From: the human T2T-CHM13v2.0 reference genome, Homo sapiens
Direction: 5' to 3' (one strand)
DNA length: 64,000 bases
NCBI RefSeq assembly: GCF_009914755.1
Contig: NC_060936.1
The notes beneath the pieces were generated by a model. The model was not told where the DNA came from, did no database searches, and saw only the letters and a list, made by a program, of their open reading frames with translations. Shown here piece after piece: positions 1 through 20,649 of this stretch (within the stretch, counting starts at the first letter, position 1; every line of letters starts with the position of its first letter). The position numbers and the translations under genes were made by a program.

Positions 1-38
1 TACTCATGTTTAAGTGTTATCTCATAAATAGTATGTAG

Positions 39-913
<875 letters not shown>

Positions 914-934
914 TAAAATTCTTACCCTCATACC

Positions 935-1264
935 TGTCTTAGCCAAGGCTGCTGTAACAGAGTATCATGGACCCAGTGGCTTAAACAATACACAGTTCTA
1001 GAGACTGTGAATTCCAAGATCAGGGTGCCAGCAGATCCAGTGTCTGTGGAGGACCTGATTCCTGGTTTGCGGACTGCTGTCTTCTGGTTAATATCCTCAC
1101 ATGGCAGAGAGATAGATTGAGAACACTTATAAGGACACTAATCCTGTTCATGAGGGCTCCACCCTAGGATCTAATCACCTCCCAAAGGCCTGCCTCCTAA
1201 TACGATCACATTGAGGGTTAGGATGTCAACATTTGAATTTTGGGGGGACACATTTACTCTGACA
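935..1264 (-). mobile_element. ERVL-MaLR solo LTR (MLT1A/MST-like)
   Basis: TG...CA termini; perfect 5-bp TSD atacc (930-934, 1265-1269); MaLR motifs such as ctaatcacctcccaaaggcc. Confidence 0.85.
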
Positions 1265-1824
1265 ATACCTAATAAAGTATAATATTAATATCCCCTCTTC
1301 CAAAAAATACAAAGAACTTGTCTAGTCGCTTAGTCCTGTCTTTTTTTAATTGCTTGAGGTAGACATTATTATCTTCATTTGTTTAGATGGCATTTAAATT
1401 TATGAATATATTTGCAAGTTTCTCTGCTCCTCATTTGTTTTCGTCTCAGACCATTCCTGAAGTACGTTCTTTGAAAAGTCCTCTAGTGTGTGTAGAGCAG
1501 CTGGTGGTAAACATAGTGGCTTCAGTCGGTACACACTTGTAACTGATGATTCTCTCAGCACTTGGAAGATAGCATTCTGCAGTTTTGGTTCCATTTTTCC
1601 TGTTAAGAGATTTCTATCAGCTAAATGGTGTTCCATGGTAGGAAATATGTCTTTCTCTGTAACTTCCTTTAAACTCTTCAATTTTGATATTCTTTAGTTT
1701 CTCATAATATATCTAGGAGGAATTTTTTTTTTAATGTATCCTGCTTGATGTACATGTGTTTTCTTATTCTGTGAAATTCTTAGCTATTTTCTTTTCATAT
1801 TCCTCTCCTTCATTTTTTCTGTTC

Positions 1825-2118
<294 letters not shown>

Positions 2119-2159
2119 ATTTTTTTTTTTTTATTCCTTTAGAGTTCCAATTAGATGCA

Positions 2160-2501
2160 TGTTATAGACTGAATGTTTTTCTTCCCAAAAGTTACATGTT
2201 GAAATCATAACTCCCAATATGATGACATTAGGAGGTGGGGTCTTTGGGTGGTTATTAGGTCACAAGGGTGCAGCCCTCATGAATGGAATTTATTCAAGAG
2301 ACACCAGAGAGCTCTTTCCTCTTTGTGCCATGGGAGCACTGAAGGAGAAGTCAGTAGCGTGTAATGTGGAGAGGCCCTCACCAGAACCCAACCATGATGG
2401 TACCCTCATCTCAAACTTCCAGCCTCCAGAACTGTGAGAAATAAATATCTGTTGTTAACAAGTCACCCAGTCTGTAGTACTTTGTTACAGCAACTAAGAC
2501 A
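2160..2501 (+). mobile_element. ERVL-MaLR solo LTR (MLT1A-like)
   Basis: TG...CA termini, degenerate TSD atgca/aggca, cagcctccagaactgtgagaaataaat motif. Confidence 0.85.
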
Positions 2502-3225
2502 AGGCATCGTTAGGAGTTCTCATTCTTTCCTTTAGAACTCTAATATATCTGAGCTATGCTCTATCTCCTTGTATCTGTGCCGTGTACTGGGTAATATCTT
2601 CTGCTCTGTCTTTGAGTTCATTAAACCTCCTTTCATCTGAATCTCTGTTTATCCATTGAGGGGCCCTCCAGCCCCCAGCAATCCTGATTTTTATTATTAA
2701 AAGATCTATTTGGTTATTTTAGAAAATTGTCTACTTATTTTTGATGCTTACTGTTACTTGCTTATTTTTGTGACTCTGTCTTTATGTTTTATTCATAGTT
2801 ATTGTAAATTCCCTATTTGCTGATTTCAATGTCTGAAGTCTTGATGGGTGGCTTTGGTTTATGGTAGATTATTTTCTTGTGTGTTGAATCTTTGGCTAAA
2901 CAATTATTTGTTCTAAATTAGTGGAAAACCTGTTAGCCTCTTTTGAGAATGCTTTGCTCTGAAAAGGATTTGCATTTTATTTTACCACAGGCCTGAGGCT
3001 GCATTAAGTCTCCTTACAGGAGCCCTCGCTCCCAAGAATGTTGTGTTTAGTCCTCCCGCTTGCCGTCCCCTCCAGCAGGCCTCCTCTCCCAGCCCCACCA
3101 GCGTGTCCTCATAGTCCACCACCTTCATTTTTTTCATGTCGGTATTCACAGTTCAGCTCAGGGCTTTGGGGTTGCTTTACTTTGTCCCTTGGAGATTTTT
3201 TGTATGTTCTGTGGGCCCAGCAATG

Positions 3226-3228
<3 letters not shown>

Positions 3229-3279
<51 letters not shown>

Positions 3280-3287
3280 ACATACAC
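3229..3287. repeat. (CA)n microsatellite
   Basis: Direct inspection. Confidence 0.95.
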
Positions 3288-3816
3288 CATTTAGATCTTT
3301 AGTAGGAGGTCCCTTCAGAGTGTCCAGCCAACCGTTATCCTGGAAATAGAGGTTTCAAAGCATTTTTAAAATGAAAAAGACAAAGAAATGGAGGGAGGAA
3401 GGAAAGAGGAAAAGTAATACCATTATAATACTGAGCATTTGGATGATGGGAATAAAGAAGGAAAAAACTTTTAGATGATGGTCCTACCGCCCCAACACAG
3501 TACCTGTAAGATCAGAGCCAATTAATGAAGAGAGGGGCAAACATAAAAGAGGGAAAAGCTAAGACATTTCTATCTCATCATCACCTAATTCCCATTAGGC
3601 AAGCATTCTTTTGGAAAATAATTGAATACCTGAGCCTTTAAAGACTTACAACTTATTTTTACTTGCTAATAACTCCCTGAAAAGTTACGTGGAAGAGTAC
3701 TTAAAAAATCTTTCATTAAAATTTAGATAAATGCAGCTTATATTTTCTACATGTGATTTATACATCTCTGATATGTAGTTTTGAATGTTATTGTTCCTCT
3801 TCTTAATATATCACAG

Positions 3817-4237
<421 letters not shown>

Positions 4238-4560
4238 AACAGGTGAGTTTAGAGTCAAGGTCTAGGCTGATGTGCCAAAAGTCTCAACAATTGTATAATC
4301 TTGAAAAATCTGCTACCAGAGTCTGTAGGGAATTAAATCCCAAACAGACATGACCTTCCTCAACAGAACTTATTTATTTTAATTTTATTTTGTACTTTTT
4401 AAAAAAAATAATTTTTAAATTAGAGTAGCCTAGAAAAAAAAGTCCAGCAAGAATATAAATAAGCTATTATGAGAGAGAGCAGGGAAAATGACAGGAGAAA
4501 TTAATCCACTGTGACATCAGGTATTAGGATTACCAGATAGAGTAAGAAACCACTATGTCA

Positions 4561-4920
<360 letters not shown>

Positions 4921-4949
4921 GTAAAATAAAAACGAACCCAGTCTACTTC

Positions 4950-5330
4950 TAAAAACTCCATGGAAGGAGAGTTTTGTGACCAACTGTGAGTGAGGTATTG
5001 TTGGAATTTCATCTCCCCTATAAACAATTAGAAAATGTGGCAAAATATGTGAAACCACTGTTTTCAGATATTAGACTTTGGGCACTGTGGGCCTATGATG
5101 CCTGAATGAAGTAGAACAAAGAAGGTGAGCCCTAGGGAGTGTCCTGGTTTTCTGGCTGAAGCAATTTCCAGACTCTGGTAGGGGAAGCCAAGTAGTGCTT
5201 AGAGGTCTCCGTGAGTTAAGGAGACAAAACTTGGAATTTGGGGAGGTTAATTTTTACATAACTTAAATTTGTGGGGCAGAGTAATGGAAGAAAGACGTGG
5301 ATAGACAAAGAACTCTAGAAATATGTACAA
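4950..5330 (+). mobile_element. Ancient L1M (L1ME-like) 5' fragment
   Basis: Resembles the L1ME 5' end (aaacaattagaaaatgtggcaaaatatgtgaaaccactgttttcaga...); degenerate. Confidence 0.5.
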
Positions 5331-5507
5331 GAATTTCTTTAAATTGAAACATTTCTTGAAACAAATGATAATGGAAACACAATATACCAAAACCTGTGGG
5401 ATACAGCAAAAATATTAGGGAAATTTTAGCTGTAAGTACCTACATCAAAAAAAGAAGAAAAACTCCAAATAAACATCTAACAATGCATCTTAAAGAACAA
5501 GAAAAGC

Positions 5508-5885
<378 letters not shown>

Positions 5886-8558
5886 TCAGTGAAATGATAA
5901 ATTGGTATTTTGAAAAGATAAAATTGACAGACCTTTAGGTAGATTTAACTAAGAAGATAAAGATCCAAATAGGTAATATCAGATGAAAAAGGAGATATTA
6001 CAACCAATATCTCAGAAATTCAAAGGAGCATTAAGGGCTACTATCAGCAACTATATGCCAAAAAATTGGAAAATCTAGAGGAAATGCACAAATTCCTAGA
6101 CACATGCAACCTACCAAGATTGAACCAGGAAGAAATCCAAAGCCTAAACAGAATAATAACAAGTAACAAGATTGAAGCCATTATAAAAGTCTCCCAGTAA
6201 AGAAGAGTCTGGGACCTGATGGCTTCACTGCTGAATTCTACCAAACATCTAAAGTACTAATACCAATCCTACTGAAACTATTCCATAAAATAGAGGAGGA
6301 GGGAATACTTCCAAACTTATTCTGTGAGGCCAGTAGTATCCTGATACCAAAACCAGACAGACACATTAAAAGAAGAAAACTACAGGCCAGTATTCCTGAT
6401 GAAGATTGACACAAAAATCCTTAACAAAATACTAGCAAACCAAATTCAACAATACCATTAGAAAGATCATTCTACCTGACTGAGGGGGATTAATCCCAGG
6501 GATGCAAGGATGTTTCAACATAAACAAGTGAATCAATGTGATACATTATATCAACAGAATAAAGGACAGAAACCATATGATCATTTCAATTGAGGCTGAA
6601 AAAGCATTTGATAAAATCTAACATCCCTTCATGATGAAAACCCAAAAACAACCTAGGTACGGAAGGAACAATATAAAACAGTACAGTAAAAGCCTCAACA
6701 CAATAAAAGCCGTATGCAATAGACCCACAGCTTATGTCATACTGAGTGAGGAGAAACTGAAAGCCTTTCCTCTAAGATCTAGAACAAGACAAGGATGCCC
6801 ATTTTCACCACTGTTATTCAACGTAGTACTGGAAGTCTTAGCTGGAGCAATCAGACAAGAGAAAGGAATAACATTTAAATCGGAAAGGAAGAAATCAAAT
6901 TATCCTTGTTTGCAGATGATAGGATCTTATATTTGGAAAAACCTGAAAACCCCACCAAAAAACAATTAGAACTGATACATTTGGTAAAGTTGCAGGATGC
7001 AAAGCAAGATACAAAAATCAGTAGCATTTGAATATGCCAACAATGAATAATCTGAAAAAGAAGAAGTAATCTCATTTACAGTAGCCACAAATAAAATTAA
7101 ATACTCAGGAATTAACCAAAGAAGTGAAAGAGCTCCACAAGGAAAACTATAAGACACTGATGAAAGAAGTTAAAGAGGACAACAAAGAAATGGAAAGATA
7201 TTCTATATTCATAGATTAGAAGAGTCAATATTGTTAAAATGTTCATACTACCCAAAGCAATCTACAGATTCAATGCAATTTCTATCAAAATACCAATGAC
7301 ATTCTTCACAGAAGTAGAAAAAAGCATCCTAAAATTTATGTGGAACTGCAAAAGACCCAGAATGGCCAAAGCCATCCTTAGCAAAAACAAAATTGGAAGA
7401 ATCACAGTACCTGACTTCAAATTATACAAAGAGCTATAGAAACCAAAATAGCATGGTACTGACATAAAAACAGACACATAGACCAATAGACCAGAATAGA
7501 GAACCCAGAAACAAATCCATGCATCTGCAGCAAATTCATTTTTGACAAAGATGCCAAGAAGATACATTGGGAGAGTCTCTTCAATAAATAGTGCTTGGAA
7601 AACTGGATATCCATATACAGAAGAATGAAACTAGACCCCTGTCTTTCTCCATATACAAATATCAAATAAAATGGATTGAAGACTTAAATCTAAGACCTCA
7701 AACTATGAAACTACTACAAGAAAACATTGGGGAAACTCTCCAGAACATTGTTCTGGCCAGAGATTTCTTGAGCAATAACCTGCAAGCACAGGCAACCAAA
7801 GCAAAAATGGACAAATGGGATCACATCAAGTTTAAAAGCTTTGGTGCAGCAAAGGAAACAATCAACAAAGTGAAGAGACAACCCACAGAATGGGAGAAAA
7901 TATTTGTAAACTACCCATCTGACAAGGGATTAATAACCAGAGTATATAAGGAGCTCAAACAACTTTATAGGAAAAAATCTAATAATCCAACTAAAAATGG
8001 GCAAAATGTCTGAATAGATGTTTCTCAAAAGAAGACATACAAATGACAAAGGGGGGGGGGCGGTTCCAAGATGGCCGATTAGGAACAGCTCCAGTCTGCA
8101 GCTCCCAGCGTGAGCGACGCAGAAGACGGGTGATTTCTGCATTTCCAACTGAGCTTTGAAGAGAGTAGTCGTTCTCCCAGCATGGAGTTTGAGATCTGAG
8201 AACGGACAGACTGCCTCCTCACATGGGTCCCTGACCCCCGAGTAGCTTAACTGGGAGGCACCCCCCAGTAGGAGCAGACTGACACCTCACACGGCCGGGT
8301 ACCCCTCTGAGACAAAACTTCCAGAGGAGCGATCAGGCAGCAACATTTGCTGTTCAGCAATATTTGCTGTTCTGCAGCCTCCACTGCTGATACCCAGGCA
8401 AACAGGGTCTGGAGTGGACCTCCAGCAAACTCCAACAGACCTGCAGCTGAGGATCCTGACTGTTAGAAGGAAAACTAACAAACAGAAAGGACATCCATAC
8501 CAAAACCCCATCTGTACGTCACCATCATCAAAGACCAAAGGTAGATAAAACCACAAAG

Positions 8559-9572
8559 ATGGGGAAAAAACAGAGCAGAAAAACTGAAAATTCTAAAAAT
8601 CAGAGCGCCTCTCCTCCAAAGGAACGCAGCTCCTCACCAGCAACGGAACAAAGCTGGACGGAGAATGACTTTGACGAGCTGAGAGAAGAAAGCTTCAGAT
8701 GATCAGACTTCTCTGAGCTAAAGGAGGAAGTTCGAACCCATTGCAAAGAAGTTAAAAACCTTGAAAAAAGATCAGACGAATGGCTAACTAGAATAACCAA
8801 TGCAGAGAAGTCCTTAAAGGACCTGATGGAGCTGAAAACCATGGCATGAGAACTACGTGATGAATGCACAAGCTTCAGTAGCCAATTCGATCAACTGGAA
8901 GAAAGGGTATCAGTGATTGAAGATCAAATGAATGAAATGAAGTGAGAAGAGAGGTTTAGAGAAAAAAGAATAAAAAGAAATGAACAAAGCCTCCAAGAAA
9001 TATGGGACTATGTGAAAAGACCAAATCTATGTCTGATTGGTGTACCTGAAAGTGACAGGGAGAATGGAACCAAGTTGGAAAACACTCTGCAGCATATTAT
9101 CCAGGAGAACTTCCCCAACCTAGCAAGGCAGGCCAACATTCAAATTCAGGAAATACAGAGAATGCCACAAAGATACTCCTCAAGAAGAGCAACTCCAAGA
9201 TGCATAATTGTCAGATTCACCAAAGTTGAAATGAAGGAAAAAATGTTAAGGGCAGCCAGAGAGAAAGGTCAGGTTACCCACAAAGGGAACCCCATCAGAC
9301 TAACAGCAGATCTCTTGGTAAAAACTCTACAAGCCAGAAGAGAGTGGGGGCCAATATTCAACATTCTCAAAGAAAAGAATTTTCAACCCAGAATTTCATA
9401 TCCAGCCAAACTAAGCTTCATAAGTGAAGGAGAAATAAAATCCTTTACAGACAAGCAAATGCTGAGAGATTTCGGCACCACCAGGCCTGCCCTAAAAGAG
9501 CTCCTGAAGGAAGCACTAAACATGGAAAGGAACAACCAGTACCAGCCACTGCAAAAACATGTCAGATTGTAA
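8559..9572 (+). pseudogene. Disrupted L1 ORF1p
   Basis: ATG GGG AAA AAA CAG start; several CGA>TGA stops (e.g. 8700-8702); C-terminal RRM/CTD part open (9012-9572). Confidence 0.9.
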
Positions 9573-9635
9573 AGACCATCAATGCTAGGAAGAAACTGCA
9601 TCAACTAATGAGCAAAATAAGCAGCTAACATCATA

Positions 9636-13327
<3,692 letters not shown>

Positions 13328-14630
13328 ACAATGAGAACACTTGGACACAGGAAGGGGAACATCACACACCAGGGCCTGTTGTGGGATGGGGGGACGGGGG
13401 AGGGATAGCATTAGTAGATATACCTAATGTAAATGGCGAGTTAATGGATGCAGCACACCAACATGGCACATGTATACATATGTAACAAACCTGCACGTCG
13501 TGCACATGTACCCTAGAACTTAAAGTATAATAAAAAATATATATTAAAAAAAAATGACAAAGAGACATATGAAAAAGTGCTCAACATCATTGGTAATCAG
13601 AGAAATGCATATCCAAACTACAATGAGTATTTTACCCCAGTTAAAATGGCTTTTATCCAAAAGACAGGCAATAACACATGCAGGCAAGGCCATGGAGGAA
13701 AGGGAACACTTGTATGCTGTTGGTGGGAATGTGAATTAGTACAACCACTGTGAAGAATTGTTTGGAGGGAGGTTCCTCAAAAAACTAAAAATAGAGCTAC
13801 CATGTGATCCAGAAGTTCCACTGCTAGGTATGTACCCAAAGAAAGGAAATCAGGATATTGAAGAGATATCTGCACTCCCATATTGCAGCACTTTTTACAG
13901 TAGCCAAGATTTGGAAATAATCCAAATGTCCATCAGCAGATGAATGGATAAAGGAAATGTACACACACAAACAATGAAGTACTTTTCAACCACAGAGAAG
14001 AATGAGATCCTGTCATTTGCAACAACATGGATGGAACTGGAGGTCATTATGTTAAGTGAAGTAAGCCAGGCACAGAAAGACAAACTTGTCATGTTCTCAC
14101 TTATTTGTTGGAGCAAAAAATTAAAACAATTGAACTCATGGAGATAGAGAGTAGAAGGATGGTTACCAGAGTCTGGGAAAGGTAGTAGGGGGAGGTGTTG
14201 GGGAAGTGGGGATGGTTAATGGGTACAAAAAGAAAGAATGAATAAGACCTAGTATTTGATAGCGCAACAGGGTGGCTATAGTCAATAACAATGTAATTGT
14301 ACATTTGAAAATAACTAAAAGGATATAATTGGATCATTCGTAACAAAAAGGATAAATGCTTATGGGGATGGATACCCTGCTTACCAGGATGTGATTGTCA
14401 TGCATTGCATGGCTGTATCAAAGTGTCTCATGTGCCCCATAAATATATACATTTACTGTATACCCACAAAAATTAAAAATTAAAATACAAACAGAAAAAA
14501 GCCAAAAAATGAAAACCTCAGTGGAAGTACTGAAGTATAGATCACACACGGCTGAAGTGATCATTATAGATAAATATATGATAATAACCTAAATGTAGCA
14601 CGGCATGATAGATTTAAAATATGAGAGTTT

Positions 14631-14922
14631 AGCTGGGCACAGTGGCTGATGCCTGAAATTGCAGCACTTTGGGAGGCCGAAGCGGGAAGATCACTTGAGC
14701 TCAGGAGTTTGAGACCAGCCTGGGCAACATAGGGAGACCTTGTCTCTACAGAAAATAAAAAAGTTAGCTGAGTGTGGTGGCACTTGCCTGTAGTCCCAGC
14801 TACTTGGGAGGCTGGGGTGGGAGGATCACTTGAGCTCAGGTAGTTGAGGCTGCAGTGAATCGTGATTGTGTCACTTCACTCCAGCCTGGGTGACAGAGCG
14901 AGACCCTGTCTCAAAAAAAAAA
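14631..14922 (+). mobile_element. Alu (J-type)
   Basis: Dimeric Alu with J-like diagnostics (gggaggatcacttgagc, gaggctgcagtga). Confidence 0.9.
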
Positions 14923-14939
14923 GTCCCTTTAAAAAATAA

Positions 14940-15870
14940 ATAAAATAGGAGACATTAGAAGACATGAAGAGCATGATGAGAAGTTCTAATGTCTTTCAGA
15001 AAGAGATAGCAGAGAGAATGGGAGGAAGAGGTGATATTCAGAGGTTACAGAATATTGACAATTTTACAGAATTTACAGAATTGTTGAAAGATCCAAGAAG
15101 TGTACCAAATCCCAACCAGGATAAGTAAAGAAACCCATATCTACATTCATTATAGCAAAATTGCAAGACTCCAAAGAATGAGGAAAAAACCATCCTTTAT
15201 TAAAGACCATTAGTTAGGCTGTCAGCAAATTTGTTCATATTGATGATTTCTTTATTGTGCTGAGAAATAACAAGGATTAACCTAGAGTTTTATACCCAGC
15301 AAGATTTTTTTCTGCTGTGTAGGTGAAATGACATTTCAGACAAAGAGATTCTGAAGTAACTTTGAAAGGAAAAATGAAAAAGAAGGAAAATAATTGCAGA
15401 AGGGAGATCTGAGTTTCAGAAAAGAATAGTGAGCAAAGAAGTTGGTAAAGGTTTAGGAAAATACAAGGAAATATTGACAGTACATATAAAACAGTATGAT
15501 GATGATGTCTAATTTGTTGGGAAATGTGTTTTTAAAAAAGGCAGATCATGGACCTAAATTATTTCTATGTGACAGGGTCGCTTGTCAATCAAAAATTGCT
15601 AGACTTACAATGAGAGAAGGAAATGTGAATAAAAATGAGCTAAAGACAACAGAAACAGCCACATGACTTACCCGATGGAGTTACCAGACATGAGCTTTAA
15701 AATAACTATATTTTTGTATAGGTGAAAGATGTAGAATTTCAGTACAGAACTGTAATAAACTGTAAAAAAGAGCCAAATGCAAATTCTAGAACTAAAAATA
15801 CAATTGGAATTAAGGCTCAATGGATGGGTTTAACAACAATTTAGACACATTTGAATGGCGAATTAAGGAA
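14940..15870 (+). mobile_element. Ancient L1M/HAL1 ORF1-region fragments
   Basis: Degenerate ORF1-like motifs (cctagagttttatacccagcaag, gacatttcagacaaa). Confidence 0.5.
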
Positions 15871-15877
15871 TTAGAAT

Positions 15878-16087
15878 GGGGATTAGTAAACATTTTCTGT
15901 AAAGAGCCAGATAGTAATTTTTTTTTAGGGTTTATAGTCTATACAGTCTCTGTTAACACCTGTTCAAGTCTGCGGTAATAGCAAGAAAGCAGCCATCAAC
16001 TGTGCATGAATGAATGCTGTGGCTGTGTCCCAGTAAAATACTTTATTTGCAAAAGCAGATGATGGTCTGGATTGTGCTGACTTCTGA
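15878..16087. mobile_element. MER58A-like hAT-Charlie DNA transposon
   Basis: ttttctgtaaagagccagatagtaa ... ggctgtgtcccagtaaaatactttatttgcaaaa hallmark segments. Confidence 0.8.
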
Positions 16088-16104
16088 ACTAAAAGATAGG
16101 TTAG

Positions 16105-16491
<387 letters not shown>

Positions 16492-16595
16492 TTCTAGTTC
16501 TTTTTTATTCACTAAGATGACATAGATTCTTTCAGTGCTTCCACCAGAATGGTGATTATTTTTATAAAGAAAGAAACAATTGTCTTGATTTTCAG

Positions 16596-16673
16596 ACCAT
16601 GCATGGAATTTTGGAGAGAAGCAAATTTTGCAAAGATATGACGGTAAAGTATGACTCAAGACTTCGGGAAAGG
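16596..16673 (+). CDS. TIGAR: TIGAR coding exon 4 (78 bp): [26 protein letters not shown]
   Basis: ttcag|ACC acceptor and AGG|gtgagt donor; phase 0/0; carries the LRE motif with the catalytic Glu of this family. Confidence 0.97.
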
Positions 16674-17271
16674 GTGAGTAACTTATTTACATATTGTTCT
16701 TCCCCATAAATTATCAGTAAGCCACCTCAGTTTGTCACTTGGCTAAAAGTTAAATGCATTTCTGCTAGGGATTTCGAATCAGTGAAAATATTTAAGAATC
16801 TACCATATGACAGTCACTGTTACATACCCTCGTATATAGGATCTTATTATTAAAATCAAACGAGACAAGCATCTTAAGGTATAAAAGAAGGTACGCTCAT
16901 AAGAACTTAACACAGTATAGAAGAGTTTAAAGTAAAGGTGAAAAATATGGATATTGCATAATTTATGTAACCTAGCTACGCTGATGGAAAGCTAGATTTT
17001 CACTAGACTACCACTGATGTAAATAATGTCAAAATAAACATCTTTGTAGTTAATTTATTGTAGACCTATATATTTCTAGAAATGGACATCGGCGAGTGTG
17101 TACTTTTTTAAAGGCATTTATATACATATTGCCAAGTTGCCTTCCAGAAAACCTGTGCCAATTTATAGTCCCATGAATGACCTAGGAGAAAGTTTTGTTT
17201 TTTTACACCAACAATTGGTATTATTAGACTCTGTGATTTTCCAATTTAATAGCTTAACAATGTTGCCATGT

Positions 17272-17594
<323 letters not shown>

Positions 17595-18043
17595 TTAGCG
17601 TCTCTGAAACTCAACTTCCTTATAACTATGGTGATATATTTATTTAGCTATTTCATGGTGCTGTCATTGGGATCAAATGGTGTAGTATGTGTGGATGGGA
17701 GATGGCTGAATTGGTACCTTGTGCATGTTAATCTCTAGTCCTATAATCTGTGCAAATCTCTGTATTTGTTCAATAAATTCCCACCATCTGCTTGCAATAG
17801 CAAGTTCTTCTAAAATAACCCATTTGGACATAGTGTACAACTTAAGATTTCAATTATATTTTCTAAGGTTCATGGCCCTCTACTGAGTACATTCTCATTA
17901 TCAGTTCAGAGGAGATAGAATCAATTAAGTGGAGGAGAGTTAGCTTATTCCTGGGATGAATGTTCTAAATTTGCCATAAACATAAACTTAATTGTTATAT
18001 TGCAATTTCATTTGAGAAACTGTTATCTATTGGACTGTTTCAG

Positions 18044-18154
18044 AAATACGGGGTTGTAGAAGGCAAAGCGCTAAGTGAGCTGAGGGCCATGGCCAAAGCA
18101 GCCAGGGAAGAGTGCCCTGTGTTTACACCGCCCGGAGGAGAGACGCTGGACCAG
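18044..18154 (+). CDS. TIGAR: TIGAR coding exon 5 (111 bp): [37 protein letters not shown]
   Basis: tttcag|AAA acceptor and CAG|gtatgt donor; PPGGE motif typical of the PGM family. Confidence 0.97.
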
Positions 18155-19036
18155 GTATGTGGCGCTGCCGATGTCAGAATGGTTGAATTAAGACTCAAAA
18201 TTAGATGTTTTGGAATTTTAGCTAAGCAGTTTGAAAGTTGCTTGGTTCATTCTCTTTTCCATTTTAAATTATCTATTTACTTAGCAAATTATTCTTTTCT
18301 ATTTAAAATCTTATTTACTGTTCAGTTGCCTTTGTCATTATTGATAATGGACTTAAGGAAAGGTGTTATTAGATGGTACTTCTAAAAAAGACCTTTGAAT
18401 ATGAAGCAGTGGCTTAGTGGTGGGAGTGGAGTTCAAAGAGGGTGATCGGCAAGTCACTCGAGGTGAAATAACTCAAAACATGAAGTCTTCAAGCCTCTGC
18501 TGCCTCCTCAGCTCTGTTCATGGTGGCATCCCTGTGCTTGCATTTCTTTGGAGTGTTCTGCTTCGAATTGCATATTGGTGATTCCCCCTAACCCACCACC
18601 ACCTCCTTAATCTTTATCTTAATTTTCTTGAAAATACTTTCCATTACTTTAGTAAGGGAAGGATTTGTTGCTGCTGTTGTTCCAGTGGCACTGAAGTGCC
18701 AGAGACAGCTTCCTGGTTAGCACTGTTTTATGAGTTTCTGTTGGCTTGTAGATTTCCCTAACTAGACCGTGAGTGCTTTGAACTCAGGAATTGGGAATTG
18801 GATCTTCTTCATCTTGGTCTCCATGGTGCTTTTGTAATTCCAGAAATGTGGTGGATACTTATATATGTCCATGAAACTACTGATTGAACGAATAGAAATG
18901 TAGATTGATATTCTTCTGCTTGTGTAGTACTTGGCATTCAATATTAGAAAAAAATCCAGTCAGTTATGTTCTATGTTAACGTTTTAAGGAAGTCATTAAT
19001 GTCACTTTATTTTGACTTTTATTTCTTTTCTTGTAG

Positions 19037-19468
19037 GTGAAAATGCGTGGAATAGACTTTTTTGAATTTCTTTGTCAACTAATCCTGAAAGAAGCGGATC
19101 AAAAAGAACAGTTTTCCCAAGGATCTCCAAGCAACTGTCTGGAAACTTCTTTGGCAGAGATATTTCCTTTAGGAAAAAATCACAGCTCTAAAGTTAATTC
19201 AGACAGCGGTATTCCAGGATTAGCAGCCAGTGTCTTAGTTGTGAGTCACGGTGCTTACATGAGAAGTCTGTTTGATTATTTTCTGACTGACCTTAAGTGT
19301 TCCTTACCAGCCACTCTGAGCAGATCTGAACTTATGTCAGTCACTCCCAATACAGGGATGAGTCTCTTTATCATAAACTTTGAGGAAGGAAGAGAAGTTA
19401 AACCAACGGTTCAGTGTATTTGTATGAACCTACAGGATCATCTAAATGGACTGACTGAAACTCGCTAA
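19037..19468 (+). CDS. TIGAR: TIGAR last coding exon (exon 6 CDS, 432 bp), fructose-2,6-bisphosphatase TIGAR C-terminus
   Basis: ttgtag|GTG acceptor; [12 protein letters not shown]...VVSHG...[11 protein letters not shown] containing the second catalytic His (SHG). Exon phases join in frame with exons 3-5. Confidence 0.98.
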
Positions 19469-19918
19469 GGTTAAATCTGCATCAAAATCTAACCATTTTG
19501 AGCCTCTGAAGGGAGTGCCATTGGCTTTATTTACTTCTCTCCTCTGCTAGTTCTGATTTGGAAACAGTTAAAAGCCAATTTTTAGCTCCAGTGGAACCAT
19601 AGCCACATAAAACTTTAATGGACAACCATATAGAATTAACTTATTTTGTCCAAGTACAGTTGGCATTTTCCAGAATAATTTTACCACCCTGCTAGATGTC
19701 ATCTCTGGATTGCACATGGATGATGAAGGAACTCAGCATTGAAAGTTGGGGGATTAGTAACCTTGTTACAACGGTTTCTTTTTCATTTTAGCCTATTTTA
19801 ATGGCTATTGGTAAGATACTGTATGTTTTTAGTATCTCATCCAGTGCTTAGAAGAAAGAATGGTTTATAATTCCCAGTACATGTTTATATTGACTGTGTT
19901 ATATTTTTAAATCCTTTA

Positions 19919-19924
19919 AATAAA
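19919..19924 (+). terminator. Candidate proximal poly(A) signal AATAAA of TIGAR
   Basis: AATAAA 450 nt after the stop, with U-rich/UGUA elements upstream. Confidence 0.55.
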
Positions 19925-20331
19925 AAATCCTTATAAGTTTATGTAAAGCAAAATAACACTAACATGTTTTACGTATAAATCAACTATTGGAATTTTTTAT
20001 TCTAGAGGGCTTGAAATGTGGATGAATACAGATTATGATTGCAGAATGGTCTGGGGGAAGAAGTTAAAACATTTGATTTAAATACAGTAAAGAAAGAATC
20101 TTGGAGCAGAAGATAAAAGAACAGCCTTTTCTAAATAATGCCTTGCCAAAGTCAAGTCAATGGAAACCAGGAAAGCCAAAAAAATGAAGAATATCCACTT
20201 GCTTCTTACCTAACCTGTAGGCTGAAGAATTTCCAGTTTGAGGAAGGCTCTAAAGAAAGTAAACAGTTAACAGAACACCACACAGTAATCAGAATAAAAG
20301 AGGGGCCTTCTTTGTAAAGAATGGTGCTCTG

Positions 20332-20649
<318 letters not shown>

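Noticed and set aside
18155-18385. ORF extension beyond TIGAR exon 5
   Set aside because: Read-through into the intron past a good GTATGT donor; no family similarity.
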